IMG/VR virus record: IMGVR_UViG_3300037484_001098
Span: 1 to 43,462 of that record
Reading direction: 5' to 3' (one strand)
DNA: 43,462 nucleotides
Origin: a virus
Lineage: Duplodnaviria; Caudoviricetes
In this document: piece after piece, positions 17,550 to 26,671 of the stretch
Position numbering within the stretch: position 1 is the stretch's first letter
Layout: every line of letters begins with the position of its first letter
Translations under genes and position numbers: made by a program
Notes under the pieces: model-generated
The model's database searches: none
The model's input: the letters and a program-made list of their open reading frames with translations, nothing else
What the model was told of the DNA's origin: nothing

Positions 17550-18419
17550 ATGGCGAACGAAATCACCCTTTGGCAGCGGCAGACGTACCGTGAAGGGGTC
17601 CTGCTGGCCCTCCAGCAGCAGAGAAGCCTGCTCCGCGAGGCCGTCCGCGACGACGGCAAGCTCAACGGGAAGCGGGCGTTCTTCGACCTGCTCGCCGCGA
17701 CCTCGATGCAGAAGCGCACCGTCCGCAACCAGCCCACCGTCCTCACCGACCAGATCCACAACCGCCGGTCCGCGACGATGGACTTCTACGACGTGCACAT
17801 GTCGGTCGATCCCATCGACGTACACCGGATCGGCTCCGATCCCCGGTCGTCCTACCAGCAGAACGGCATCATGGCCTGCAACCGGACTATCGACGACGTG
17901 ATCATCGCCGCGTTCACCGGGACGGCGTACGAGGACGAGACCGGCTCCACGGCCGTCGCGTTCAACGCGGGCGGGGCCGCCCTCATCGCCAACGGCGGCG
18001 TCGGCCTGACCAAGGACAAGATCATCACGGCCAAGAAGCAGTTCATGGCCAACATGGTCGACCCCACCGAGAAGCTGTTCTGGGCGTACGGCTCGGAGCA
18101 GTTCGAGGACCTCATGAACATCGACGAGGTCGTGAACAACGACTACAACCAGAAGGCCCTGCAGGACGGCCGCGTGGTCTACTTCTGCGGGTTCAACTGG
18201 GTCCCGACCGAGCGCCTGGGCGTCGGGGCGATCGCCGGCACCCGCCGGAACATCGCGTGGGTGAAGAGCGGCATGGGGTTCCAGCTCGGGCAGGGGATGG
18301 AAGTCCAGATCAACAAGCGGCCCGATCTCTCCAACATCGACCAGATCTCCATCTCGATCGACCTGGGCGCGACCCGTATTGAGGACGGCAAGGTTCTGGC
18401 GATCGACTGCGTCGAGTAG
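17550..18419 (+). CDS. Major capsid protein (BPP-1 Bbp17-like)
   Basis: LQQ..S.LR..V, DP.S.Y, R..DD.II.A..G.A, DYN..KAL..G....F.GF, GATR.E..KV; strong codon bias, AAGGAGG RBS. Confidence 0.9.
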   Translation: MANEITLWQRQTYREGVLLALQQQRSLLREAVRDDGKLNGKRAFFDLLAATSMQKRTVRNQPTVLTDQIHNRRSATMDFYDVHMSVDPIDVHRIGSDPRSSYQQNGIMACNRTIDDVIIAAFTGTAYEDETGSTAVAFNAGGAALIANGGVGLTKDKIITAKKQFMANMVDPTEKLFWAYGSEQFEDLMNIDEVVNNDYNQKALQDGRVVYFCGFNWVPTERLGVGAIAGTRRNIAWVKSGMGFQLGQGMEVQINKRPDLSNIDQISISIDLGATRIEDGKVLAIDCVE

Positions 18420-18464
18420 GACGGTTCATCAACCCCTGATTCCTGACATGAAGGAGGAAAGAAT

Positions 18465-18893
18465 ATGACGCAGCTTTCGGATCGTAAAGCCAACGAGGCG
18501 GCGGTTCCGTCCGTCCCGAACCCCCCGAGCGTTCAGGGGGTCGTCAAGTGCGCGTGGTTCGAGGGGACGATCGCCACGGCCGATGGCCTGGCGGCCGGCA
18601 CGCTCATCGACCTTGTCACCCTGCCCAAGGGCGCGCGGATCATCGGGGGCCTGTGGGGCAACGATGCGGCGTTCTCCGGCGCAGGCGTCACCCTGGACAT
18701 CGGGTTCCCCGATGACCCCGACAAGTTCGGAGACGGCGTGGACTGCGCGTCCTTGAACGACACGCTGATCGCCAACACGCTGCTCCTGGGCCGCGGATAC
18801 ATTCTCACCCAGGACGAGCTGATCTCGGCGACCACGATCACAGACGTGATCGTGAACGCCGGGACGTATTACGGGTACTTCCTGTACATCTAA
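18465..18893 (+). CDS. Capsid cement/decoration protein
   Basis: Follows the capsid gene; LPKGARI..G, TLDIG..D.D beta-rich pattern. Confidence 0.65.
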   Translation: MTQLSDRKANEAAVPSVPNPPSVQGVVKCAWFEGTIATADGLAAGTLIDLVTLPKGARIIGGLWGNDAAFSGAGVTLDIGFPDDPDKFGDGVDCASLNDTLIANTLLLGRGYILTQDELISATTITDVIVNAGTYYGYFLYI

Positions 18894-18905
18894 CCTTTCC
18901 TGACG

Positions 18906-18933
18906 GGGCCGCCTTCGGGCGGCCCTTCCCTTC
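18906..18933 (+). terminator. Hairpin/terminator after the capsid genes
   Basis: GGGCCGCC-TTCG-GGCGGCCC then pyrimidine tract. Confidence 0.55.
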
Positions 18934-18949
18934 TCGAAGGAGGAACCAG

Positions 18950-19387
18950 ATGAAGAAGCTCCTGCTTCTCGCATTCGCCATGCTCTGCCTGGTGGCCGCC
19001 CCGGTGGGCGCCTGGACGGACGGCGTCGAAACCGCGACGATCACCGTGGCGACGTCGCCAGACAACGTGACGTCCACGGCCGTCACGATCCCGCGCGGCG
19101 CGGAAGGCGTCAGCGTCTACGTCCCGACGATCACCTCTTCGACCGTCTCCCTGAAGGTCTCCCACGACGGCGGGACGACGTACGACGACCTGTTCTGCGA
19201 GGAAAACGGAACGAACACCATCCTGTGGTCTTCGGCCGCCGGCACCGGGGGAATGTATCTGCAGGCTCCAGTAAATTGCAACATCGGGTTTTATAACCGC
19301 CTCAAGGTCTTTTGCGGATCCGCTCAGGCGGCGGACCGCGCGTTCAAGGTGATCTTCAAGAAGCCTGCTTCCAAATCGAATAACTGA
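18950..19387 (+). CDS. Signal-peptide-bearing beta-rich protein; paralog of 31376-31702
   Basis: MKKLLLLAFAMLCLVAAPVGA| Sec signal; AAGGAGG RBS. Confidence 0.8.
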   Translation: MKKLLLLAFAMLCLVAAPVGAWTDGVETATITVATSPDNVTSTAVTIPRGAEGVSVYVPTITSSTVSLKVSHDGGTTYDDLFCEENGTNTILWSSAAGTGGMYLQAPVNCNIGFYNRLKVFCGSAQAADRAFKVIFKKPASKSNN

Positions 19388-19393
19388 CACCGA

Positions 19394-19416
19394 GGGGGGC
19401 CGCAAGGCCCCCCTTT
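19394..19416 (+). terminator. GC hairpin (weak terminator or stabiliser)
   Basis: GGGGGGCC-GCAA-GGCCCCCC-TTT. Confidence 0.45.
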
Positions 19417-19429
19417 GGAGGATCGGGAT

Positions 19430-20047
19430 ATGAATCGATTCAAGCTCCTCGTCGTGGCGGTCCTGCTGCTGGCGACGGCGGCCGTGGCGTTCGGCAGGCT
19501 CTGGTACAAGCAGGACATCCAGTGGGGAACCGGTAGCAGCGCGACGTCCGACGGTCTCCCCTTAAACGCCGTGAACGCCTCCGTGATCCCGCTGTCCACC
19601 GGCAGCAACGTCGAGGCGGCCATCACCTCCCTGCAGGCGCAGATCACGGCGCTTACCGCGCAGCTGGCGCTGAAGGCTCCCATCGCCTCCCCCGCGTTCA
19701 CCGGCACCCCCGTCCTTCCATCCGGCACGACGATCGGCGACGTGACCGCCGAGGAGATCGCGCGCCTGTCCGGCGTCACCTCCGCCCTGCAGGCGCAGAT
19801 CAACGCGAAAGCCGCCAACGTAAACGCCGTGATCACGGGTTCCCTGACCGTATCCGGGGAGATCACCGGCCTGCAGGTCAACACCTCGGGCGGAGACAAT
19901 ACCCACTTCGCCCACCTGGGGAACACCGGGGATATCACCGTCCCGGCGTCCGATAACGCAGGAATCCTCTGGTACAACGCCACGCTGGAGAAGTGGCGGG
20001 TCACCGTCGCCGCCGGCTCGATCGACAACCTGGCGGTGGAGCCATGA
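19430..20047 (+). CDS. Signal-peptide-bearing fibre-like protein
   Basis: MNRFKLLVVAVLLLATAAVAFG|; KAPIASPAFTGTP and E...LSGVTS..Q.Q.N.K tail-fibre repeat motifs. Confidence 0.75.
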   Translation: MNRFKLLVVAVLLLATAAVAFGRLWYKQDIQWGTGSSATSDGLPLNAVNASVIPLSTGSNVEAAITSLQAQITALTAQLALKAPIASPAFTGTPVLPSGTTIGDVTAEEIARLSGVTSALQAQINAKAANVNAVITGSLTVSGEITGLQVNTSGGDNTHFAHLGNTGDITVPASDNAGILWYNATLEKWRVTVAAGSIDNLAVEP

Positions 20048-22038
20048 GAAAACTATTCTTTTCGGCAGTCCTCCTGATTCTGCCTGCGATTGCGTTCGCC
20101 ACCTTCCCGATCGACTGGAGTTGGAACAGCGTCGGGGGGGGATGGACCTGCATCAACCGGACGACTCGCCCGTTATGGGACGGGGAACAACTCTACAACA
20201 TCGACTCGTCCTCCGGCACGCCGGACCCGTCGAACGCGCTCCGGATCATCTACCCCGAAGGATGGTGGCAGGGGTCTGAGCCTACGTTCTGCTGGAACTC
20301 GTTCACAAAGCAGAATGAAGTGTGGGGGCAATATTACATTAAATATTCGTCGAATTATTATTTCCATGGGGTGGACAACAAGCAGACCTATTGGTTCCTT
20401 GGAGACACGTCGAACAGTTCGGCGAACTTCTACCTTTCGGTTCGCGGCAGTCGGAAAATATCCATCGTCATGCAGACCTATTCGACGGACCGGTTCAATT
20501 CCAACACGGGATACGACCCGGTGCTGGCGCCGGGGGTCTGGTACAAGATCAACGTGCATTTTAAACTGGAAGCCACCCCCGGCGTAAAGACCGGCATAGT
20601 CCAGGTCTGGCTTAACGATCAGTTGGTGATTAACCGCTACGACGCCGGTTTCCGCAACGCATCGCAAGGTTCCTACGGAATCCGCGAGTGGCAGATATGC
20701 CCGGTGTTTGGAGGCATGGACGAATACACGAAACCCGCAGAGGATTATCAGTGGTACGACAAAACAATCTTGCAATCCACGCAGATAGGCGGGTCAACCT
20801 CCGACGTTTCCCCGCCGTACGTGGACACCTTTTCCCCCGGGGATGGTGCGACGGGCGTTCCCGTGGGGACCACCCAGTTTTCGTTCCATTTCAAGGACGG
20901 CGGGTCGTACGCGAAAGGCGCCAAGCTCACCAGCCTCTCGGTGGCCTGCCCGGGGTTCGGCGGCACGAAGATCTGCACCTTCGGGCAGCTGACCTGCTCG
21001 GGAACGTCTTCCGACTATACGATCGTCTACCCCGGCCTCTCCCTGGGATATGACAACGTCGTCTCCTGCACGATCTACGGGGAGGACCTGGAGACGCCCC
21101 CGAACACGATGAGCCGGGCGTACACGTTCACCGTCCAGCCCGACCCGACGCCACCGGTTGCGATTACCACGACGACCTTGGCGGACGTGCAGGTGGGGAC
21201 GTCGGTTACGGTCCCCCTTTCGATCTCCGGCGGTCATTCCCCGTACGCCTGCGACAACACGGGCGTGCTGCCCCCGGGGATCCCGCTGAACGCCAACTGC
21301 ACCTTCGGCCCGGGCATCCCGACCACCGCCGGGGCGTTTCCGTTCACGATCACGGCGACGGACGCCTCGCTTGATACGGACGACCAGGCCTTTTCCTGGA
21401 CGATCCTGCCGACCACGCCCGGCGGCGGCGGGACCGTCACGGCGACCGACAACACGGATACGTACATCAACCGCGGCTCTCAATCTGTGAATTATGCCGA
21501 CAATGAGGCCCTGAGAACGTACGTCTGGCCGTTCGGGACTGAGGCCAACGTCATCCTGGTGAAGGGGACCACGTCCGGCCTGCAGGACAATATCTCTATC
21601 TCGCGATCGACGTACCGGATCTATGCGATCGGGCACGACGGCGCCGGGTACGACAACATGATCCTGTACGTCCAGCCGGTGACCGGGACGGTCTCGATCG
21701 ACAACGTCACCTGGGCGAATTTTGCGGGGATCCGCGGAGCGGTCGTCTCCCAGGCGACGGTGGGCCTGGACAACGGGTGGGTGGAGTTCGATATCACCTC
21801 GATCGTCTCCGCGGCGTACGCCTCTTCGAAATCCGACTACACCTTCTCCATCGGCTCCGGATCGAACGGCCCACAGGATCAGAACCGGATCTTCGCATCA
21901 AGGCAGCACGTCGACGAGTCGATCCGGCCGAACACTGTGACCAACTACATGAACCTGGTGGCGCCCGGAGGACCGTCGGTTCCCGCGGCAGGCAAGGTCC
22001 GGTTCGGGCCGGGAAGCAAGCCGAAATTCTTCCGTTGA
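20044..22038 (+). CDS. Secreted multidomain carbohydrate-binding protein (ConA/lyase-like, Ig-like, DNRLRE/CBM96-like)
   Basis: MRKLFFSAVLLILPAIAFA|; G.WY.I..HFK...G..QVW.N; P.DGATGVP; ITTTTL...GG..PY...LPPG...G.PT.AG.F.FT; DTYI...GWVEFDIT...FAS. Confidence 0.7.
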   Translation: MRKLFFSAVLLILPAIAFATFPIDWSWNSVGGGWTCINRTTRPLWDGEQLYNIDSSSGTPDPSNALRIIYPEGWWQGSEPTFCWNSFTKQNEVWGQYYIKYSSNYYFHGVDNKQTYWFLGDTSNSSANFYLSVRGSRKISIVMQTYSTDRFNSNTGYDPVLAPGVWYKINVHFKLEATPGVKTGIVQVWLNDQLVINRYDAGFRNASQGSYGIREWQICPVFGGMDEYTKPAEDYQWYDKTILQSTQIGGSTSDVSPPYVDTFSPGDGATGVPVGTTQFSFHFKDGGSYAKGAKLTSLSVACPGFGGTKICTFGQLTCSGTSSDYTIVYPGLSLGYDNVVSCTIYGEDLETPPNTMSRAYTFTVQPDPTPPVAITTTTLADVQVGTSVTVPLSISGGHSPYACDNTGVLPPGIPLNANCTFGPGIPTTAGAFPFTITATDASLDTDDQAFSWTILPTTPGGGGTVTATDNTDTYINRGSQSVNYADNEALRTYVWPFGTEANVILVKGTTSGLQDNISISRSTYRIYAIGHDGAGYDNMILYVQPVTGTVSIDNVTWANFAGIRGAVVSQATVGLDNGWVEFDITSIVSAAYASSKSDYTFSIGSGSNGPQDQNRIFASRQHVDESIRPNTVTNYMNLVAPGGPSVPAAGKVRFGPGSKPKFFR

Positions 22039-22132
22039 CTGGAGAGCCCCGAGCCGCTCCAGTTCGGGGCGGGGACCTGGAAGGTGAAGAAGTACGGTAC
22101 CAGGCCGGAAATCTGGCTGGAGGTAGAGTGAG

Positions 22133-22762
22133 ATGAGCGGCGGATACGGCACCGACGCCCTGGAAACGGTTGTCGTTACATCCAGTTCCGCGGGAGCGGC
22201 CGCGGCGAACTCTCCCGCCGAGATCTGCAGTATCGCCTTACGACTCCTGGGGACGGACGCGATCAACAGCCTGGATGACCCCACCGACCGCGCGCGGATC
22301 TGCAAGCAGATCTGGCCGATGGTGCTGGATGACGAGCTCACCCTGCATCGCTGGAAGTGCGCCCGGAAGAGGGCGGAGCTCGCGCGTCTGGCCGACGCTC
22401 CAGCCTTCGGGTTCGCCTATCAGTACGAGCTGCCCCCCGACTGCCTGCTTGTCCTTGGGATGTCCTATTCCTCTATCGCATACGAGATCGAGGACGGGAA
22501 GCTGCTCACCGACGAATCGACGGCGAAAATCTATTATCTGTACCGGAACGAGACCGTCGCGAAATATTCACCGGGACTTAAATCCGCCCTCGCTGCCCGC
22601 ATGACGGCGGAACTGGCGATGCCGATCACCAAGAAAAAGGCGATCGTCGATTCCGCGTGGGCGGCGTATTGGGCCAAGGTCTCTCAGGCCGCCGCTGTGG
22701 ACGGCCAGCAAGGCACGCCGGAGGTTCTGGAAGACACCACTTTCGTGGACGCGAGGTCGTAA
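22133..22762 (+). CDS. Tail tubular protein A (T7 gp11-like adaptor)
   Basis: IC..AL..LG...I.SL.D, H.W.CA.KR..L, F.YQY.LP.DCL, YEIE...LLTD. Confidence 0.88.
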   Translation: MSGGYGTDALETVVVTSSSAGAAAANSPAEICSIALRLLGTDAINSLDDPTDRARICKQIWPMVLDDELTLHRWKCARKRAELARLADAPAFGFAYQYELPPDCLLVLGMSYSSIAYEIEDGKLLTDESTAKIYYLYRNETVAKYSPGLKSALAARMTAELAMPITKKKAIVDSAWAAYWAKVSQAAAVDGQQGTPEVLEDTTFVDARS

Positions 22763-22763
22763 C

Positions 22764-23783
22764 GTGAAAGCGGCGGATCTTCAGCGCCAGATAGCGGCCC
22801 TCCGTTCCAGCAACGATGGCTATACCCCGGTCAAGGGAGTAGATTATTTCGACGGAGAACCGGGCTATACACCGGTCAAGGGAGTCGATTATACCGACGG
22901 GGCGGATGGGCAGGATTCAACCGTAGCAGGTCCTCCGGGCACCACGGATTACAACGCCCTTCAGAACAAGCCCGCCCTTGGGACCGCAGCGGAAAAAAAT
23001 GTCGGAACCGGAACGGGCAATGTGGCCGCAGGAAACGATTCAAGATTATCGGACTCCCGTACTCCGCTTGCGCACTCTCACGCCCCGGAGGAAGTCACAG
23101 GAACCGCGGTCGTTACGACCGATGCTCGCCTGTCGGATGCCAGGCCGTTGGCCGCCGGAACGGACAAGACGAAACTGGACGGGATCGCGGCGGGGGCGAC
23201 GGTCGGAGCGGACTGGGACGTAAACGTTGCCAATAAACCTACGGTGCCTTCCGCCCTTTCGCAGCTTGCGGATGACGCGACACACCGGCTCGCAACCGAT
23301 ACGGAAAAAACCACGTGGAACGGCAAGGAGCCGGGGAACGCCAATATCCAGGCCCACGTAACGGCCGCCCACGCCCCGTCCACCGCACAGGCAAACGCCG
23401 ACATCACGAAGGCTGAGATCGAGGCGAAGCTCACCGGGGCGATCTCCAGCCACTCCCACGCCGGCGGGGGAGGGCAGCCGGTCGGGTTCACGATCCTGGC
23501 CAACGACACGCTTGCTCAAGCCCTGGCGACGAACATCAACACGCGGATCACGGTCACCGCCGCCCGTACCCTTACCACGACCGTGCCGGCCGCGGGTACG
23601 AGATGCTCTGTCCTCGTCTTAACGAGCGGAACGACCTCCCGAACGATCACCTTCGGGACCGGCTTCAAGCCGGTGGGGACCCTGGCGACTGGAACGACCT
23701 CTGGGCGGGTGTTCGTGGTGAACTTCATATCGGACGGGACCAATCTCTACGAAGCCGGCCGCACCGCGGCGATGGTGGCCTGA
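22764..23783 (+). CDS. Tail fibre-like protein
   Basis: Two GYTPVKGVDY repeats, LGTAA..NVGT...NVAAGND.RLSD.R.P..HSH, DK.KLDGI fibre motifs. Confidence 0.7.
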   Translation: MKAADLQRQIAALRSSNDGYTPVKGVDYFDGEPGYTPVKGVDYTDGADGQDSTVAGPPGTTDYNALQNKPALGTAAEKNVGTGTGNVAAGNDSRLSDSRTPLAHSHAPEEVTGTAVVTTDARLSDARPLAAGTDKTKLDGIAAGATVGADWDVNVANKPTVPSALSQLADDATHRLATDTEKTTWNGKEPGNANIQAHVTAAHAPSTAQANADITKAEIEAKLTGAISSHSHAGGGGQPVGFTILANDTLAQALATNINTRITVTAARTLTTTVPAAGTRCSVLVLTSGTTSRTITFGTGFKPVGTLATGTTSGRVFVVNFISDGTNLYEAGRTAAMVA

Positions 23784-26200
23784 TGCCTGTTTTCCCCATC
23801 CAGACTTCCTTCAATGGCGGCGAGATGTCTCCGAGCCTTGCCGGACGGTTCGACCTTGCGAAGTTCAAAAACGGATGCAGGACTCTTAAGAACTTCATCG
23901 CGCATTCCCATGGGCCTGCGTATCGCCGCGGTGGGTTTAGATTCGTAGAGGAGAGCAAGGACCACGCGAGGCGGTCCCGTCTGATGCAATTCGAATTCAG
24001 CGTCGACCAGGCATACGCCCTAGAATTCGGACACCTCTACGTCCGGTTTTTCGCCAACGGAGCAATCATCGAAAGCGGCGGCGTGCCTGTGGAAGTGGCC
24101 ACCCCGTACACCGAGGACCAGCTGCGGTCCCTTCGGGTGACGCAGTCGGCGGACGTGTTCTACATCTTCCACCGAGCCCACGCACCTAGAAAGCTGCAGC
24201 GCCTGTCTTCGGATGGAACGCTCTGGCAGTTGGATCCGATCGCGTTCCTTCCTCCTCCGACGTACGAGCCCGAAATGGACATCTCCGGAGGACTTATCGC
24301 TATATCTCCGGACGCCGTTACGGGGTCCGACGTCAAGATCTACTCTTCGGCGGACGTCTTCCTTGCGGCCGACAACGGTCGGCAGCTCAAGTACATAAGC
24401 GGTCTGGCGTCAATTACCGCCGTCGCGAGCGCCAGGGAGGTGACCGTCGATTTCATCGGCGACTTCCCGGCGAGCGTTGCGCCGGTAGCCGGCACGGGAA
24501 CGGTCACTACGGTCGGGGCGGACGCCAACTTCCTCGCCCCTCATGGATTGGTGGTCGGAAACTGGATTCGGCTGACCGACGGCGCGCAGGTGGGGGAAAA
24601 GAAGCGGATCGTAACTATATGGGACGCATTTACGGTCGCGATGGAGTCCGCGTTCTCCGTCGACCAGGCGGGGGCTGCGTGGAGCCTGGACAAGGAGATC
24701 GTCGCCGGCGGATGGCTTCTGGCCGGATCGCCCGTTGCCGACTGCACTCCGAGCGCCAAGGCTCCCATCAACGCCATCATAACCCTCACACTGGCGGCGA
24801 ACGGCTGGCGTACAGGAGCCTCGCCGAACGGGGATGTCGGGAAGTACGTACGGATGTTCTCCGGCACCGTGAAGATCACCGAGGTCACCAGCGCAACCAT
24901 CGCAAAGGGCAGGATCCTCGTTCCTCTTGTCGTGGACCCGGTCGTGGCCTCCGCCGGCGGATCATGGACGTGCGAATCCGAGGCGTGGAACGCAGCCAAT
25001 GGGTACCCAGGGGCCGGATGCTTCTTCGAACAGCGGTTGATGGCGGGGGGATCGGAGAAGTTCCCCACGAGCCTGTGGGGAAGCCAGAGCGCGGATTACG
25101 AGAACTTCGGCCTGGGGCCGTACGACGCCGACGCGGTCGAGTACAAACTCTCCGCGAACCAGGTGAACGATCTGCTGTGGATGCTGCCGACCAAGGTGCT
25201 GCTCGCAGGCACCGCCGGAAGCGAGTTCCGGGTGACGGGCGGCGCCGATGCTCCGCTGACGCCGGGAAACGTCGACGCGAAAAACGAGGACGCGCACGGC
25301 TCCGCCGACGTATCCCCAGTGCGCGTACGTCACAAGGTGCTCTTCGTGCAGCGGGCGGGCAGGAAGGTCCTTGAGATCGCTTACAGCTACGAGCCGGACT
25401 CGTTCCTTGCGGACGACCTGACGGAAATGGCCGATCACCTGACGGTGGGAGGCATCGTCGAAATGACGTATCAGAAGGAGCCACAATCGATTCTTTGGTG
25501 CGTACGATCGGATGGGATCCTGCTGGGATGCACCTACAACAAGAAGCAGGAAGTCGTCGCGTGGCATTGGCACGAGACGGATGGATACGTGGAAAGCGCC
25601 TGCGTGATCCCGGATCCGGTCAACCTTCGGGACGAATTGTGGCTCCTGGTGAGGCGGGAGATCGGCGGCGCCACGAAGCGGTACATCGAGCGGCTGGATC
25701 CAGACCGCGTCGTAGCGGACTCCTTCGTCCTCTACCAGGGCGAGGCCACGGCGGAGATCACCGGGCTTTCCCACCTCGAGGGGAAGGCGGTCGACATCCT
25801 GGCGGACGGGTTCGTGGTCAAGGGGAAGACGGTCACAGGCGGGCAGGTAACTTTAAGCCGCGCCGTCACCGAGGCGATCGTTGGGTTGAACTTCGAGTCG
25901 GAGCTCATCCCGAACCGGCCGGATTTCATCACGGACAAGATCTCCACGATCGGAAAGAAAAAGCATTGGGCGGAGATCTTCCTTCGGCTTATGAACACCG
26001 CGGGGCTTGAGATCAACGGCAACGAGATCCCATTTCGCACCGGCGCAGCTCCCTTGGGCTCCCCTCCGGATCTGTTCACCGGGGATTACCCGATTCCGAA
26101 TCTCGGGGTCGATGCGAATGTCGACATCATCATCAAGCAAAAGAATCCCCTGCCGGCGACGGTTCTATGTATCGGCGGGACCTTGGACGTGGGGGACTGA
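23783..26200 (+). CDS. Tail tubular protein B (T7 gp12-like nozzle)
   Basis: QTSFNGGE.SP...GR.DL, RR.G..F, LEFG..Y.RF, GYP....FF.QRL, Q.V.AWH.H. Confidence 0.9.
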   Translation: MPVFPIQTSFNGGEMSPSLAGRFDLAKFKNGCRTLKNFIAHSHGPAYRRGGFRFVEESKDHARRSRLMQFEFSVDQAYALEFGHLYVRFFANGAIIESGGVPVEVATPYTEDQLRSLRVTQSADVFYIFHRAHAPRKLQRLSSDGTLWQLDPIAFLPPPTYEPEMDISGGLIAISPDAVTGSDVKIYSSADVFLAADNGRQLKYISGLASITAVASAREVTVDFIGDFPASVAPVAGTGTVTTVGADANFLAPHGLVVGNWIRLTDGAQVGEKKRIVTIWDAFTVAMESAFSVDQAGAAWSLDKEIVAGGWLLAGSPVADCTPSAKAPINAIITLTLAANGWRTGASPNGDVGKYVRMFSGTVKITEVTSATIAKGRILVPLVVDPVVASAGGSWTCESEAWNAANGYPGAGCFFEQRLMAGGSEKFPTSLWGSQSADYENFGLGPYDADAVEYKLSANQVNDLLWMLPTKVLLAGTAGSEFRVTGGADAPLTPGNVDAKNEDAHGSADVSPVRVRHKVLFVQRAGRKVLEIAYSYEPDSFLADDLTEMADHLTVGGIVEMTYQKEPQSILWCVRSDGILLGCTYNKKQEVVAWHWHETDGYVESACVIPDPVNLRDELWLLVRREIGGATKRYIERLDPDRVVADSFVLYQGEATAEITGLSHLEGKAVDILADGFVVKGKTVTGGQVTLSRAVTEAIVGLNFESELIPNRPDFITDKISTIGKKKHWAEIFLRLMNTAGLEINGNEIPFRTGAAPLGSPPDLFTGDYPIPNLGVDANVDIIIKQKNPLPATVLCIGGTLDVGD

Positions 26201-26202
26201 CC

Positions 26203-26670
26203 ATGTGGCCTTTCATTCTCAGCGCGGCGTCGACGTTGATGAGCGCACAGTCCGAAAGAGAAGCCGGTGAGGCGGAGAGAGAGGCCGGCGCTGCGGACCT
26301 GACAAGTGCGTTGGTTTCCGGTCACTTTCGGGACGAGGCGATCACAGAAAAGCGGAACAAGGTCCTGTCCTCGATGCGTGCGCGGGCGGTTGCCTCGGGA
26401 GTCGAGATGTCGGGAAGCCCCCTGGAGGTCCTCATGCACGCCGCCGGGCAGGCCGAGCGCGACCTGATCATCTCCCGGCTTACCACGCAGCGCAATAAGA
26501 TAACGTCGCAGGCGAGGGGCCGGCGCGGAGCGGCGCAGGAGAAGGGCGCCGTGGGGGAAGGTCTCTTGAAAGTCGGGAAGCAATACGTCACGGGGTACAA
26601 GGGGAGCAGCACGGACACGGGTGGGGAGCGGTTCACAGACGACGAGCTGAAGATCTACGGGTGGGACTGA
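26203..26670 (+). CDS. Putative internal virion (ejection) protein 1
   Basis: RA...ASGV.M.GSPL.V motif; position after the nozzle gene. Confidence 0.7.
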   Translation: MWPFILSAASTLMSAQSEREAGEAEREAGAADLTSALVSGHFRDEAITEKRNKVLSSMRARAVASGVEMSGSPLEVLMHAAGQAERDLIISRLTTQRNKITSQARGRRGAAQEKGAVGEGLLKVGKQYVTGYKGSSTDTGGERFTDDELKIYGWD

Positions 26671-26671
26671 G

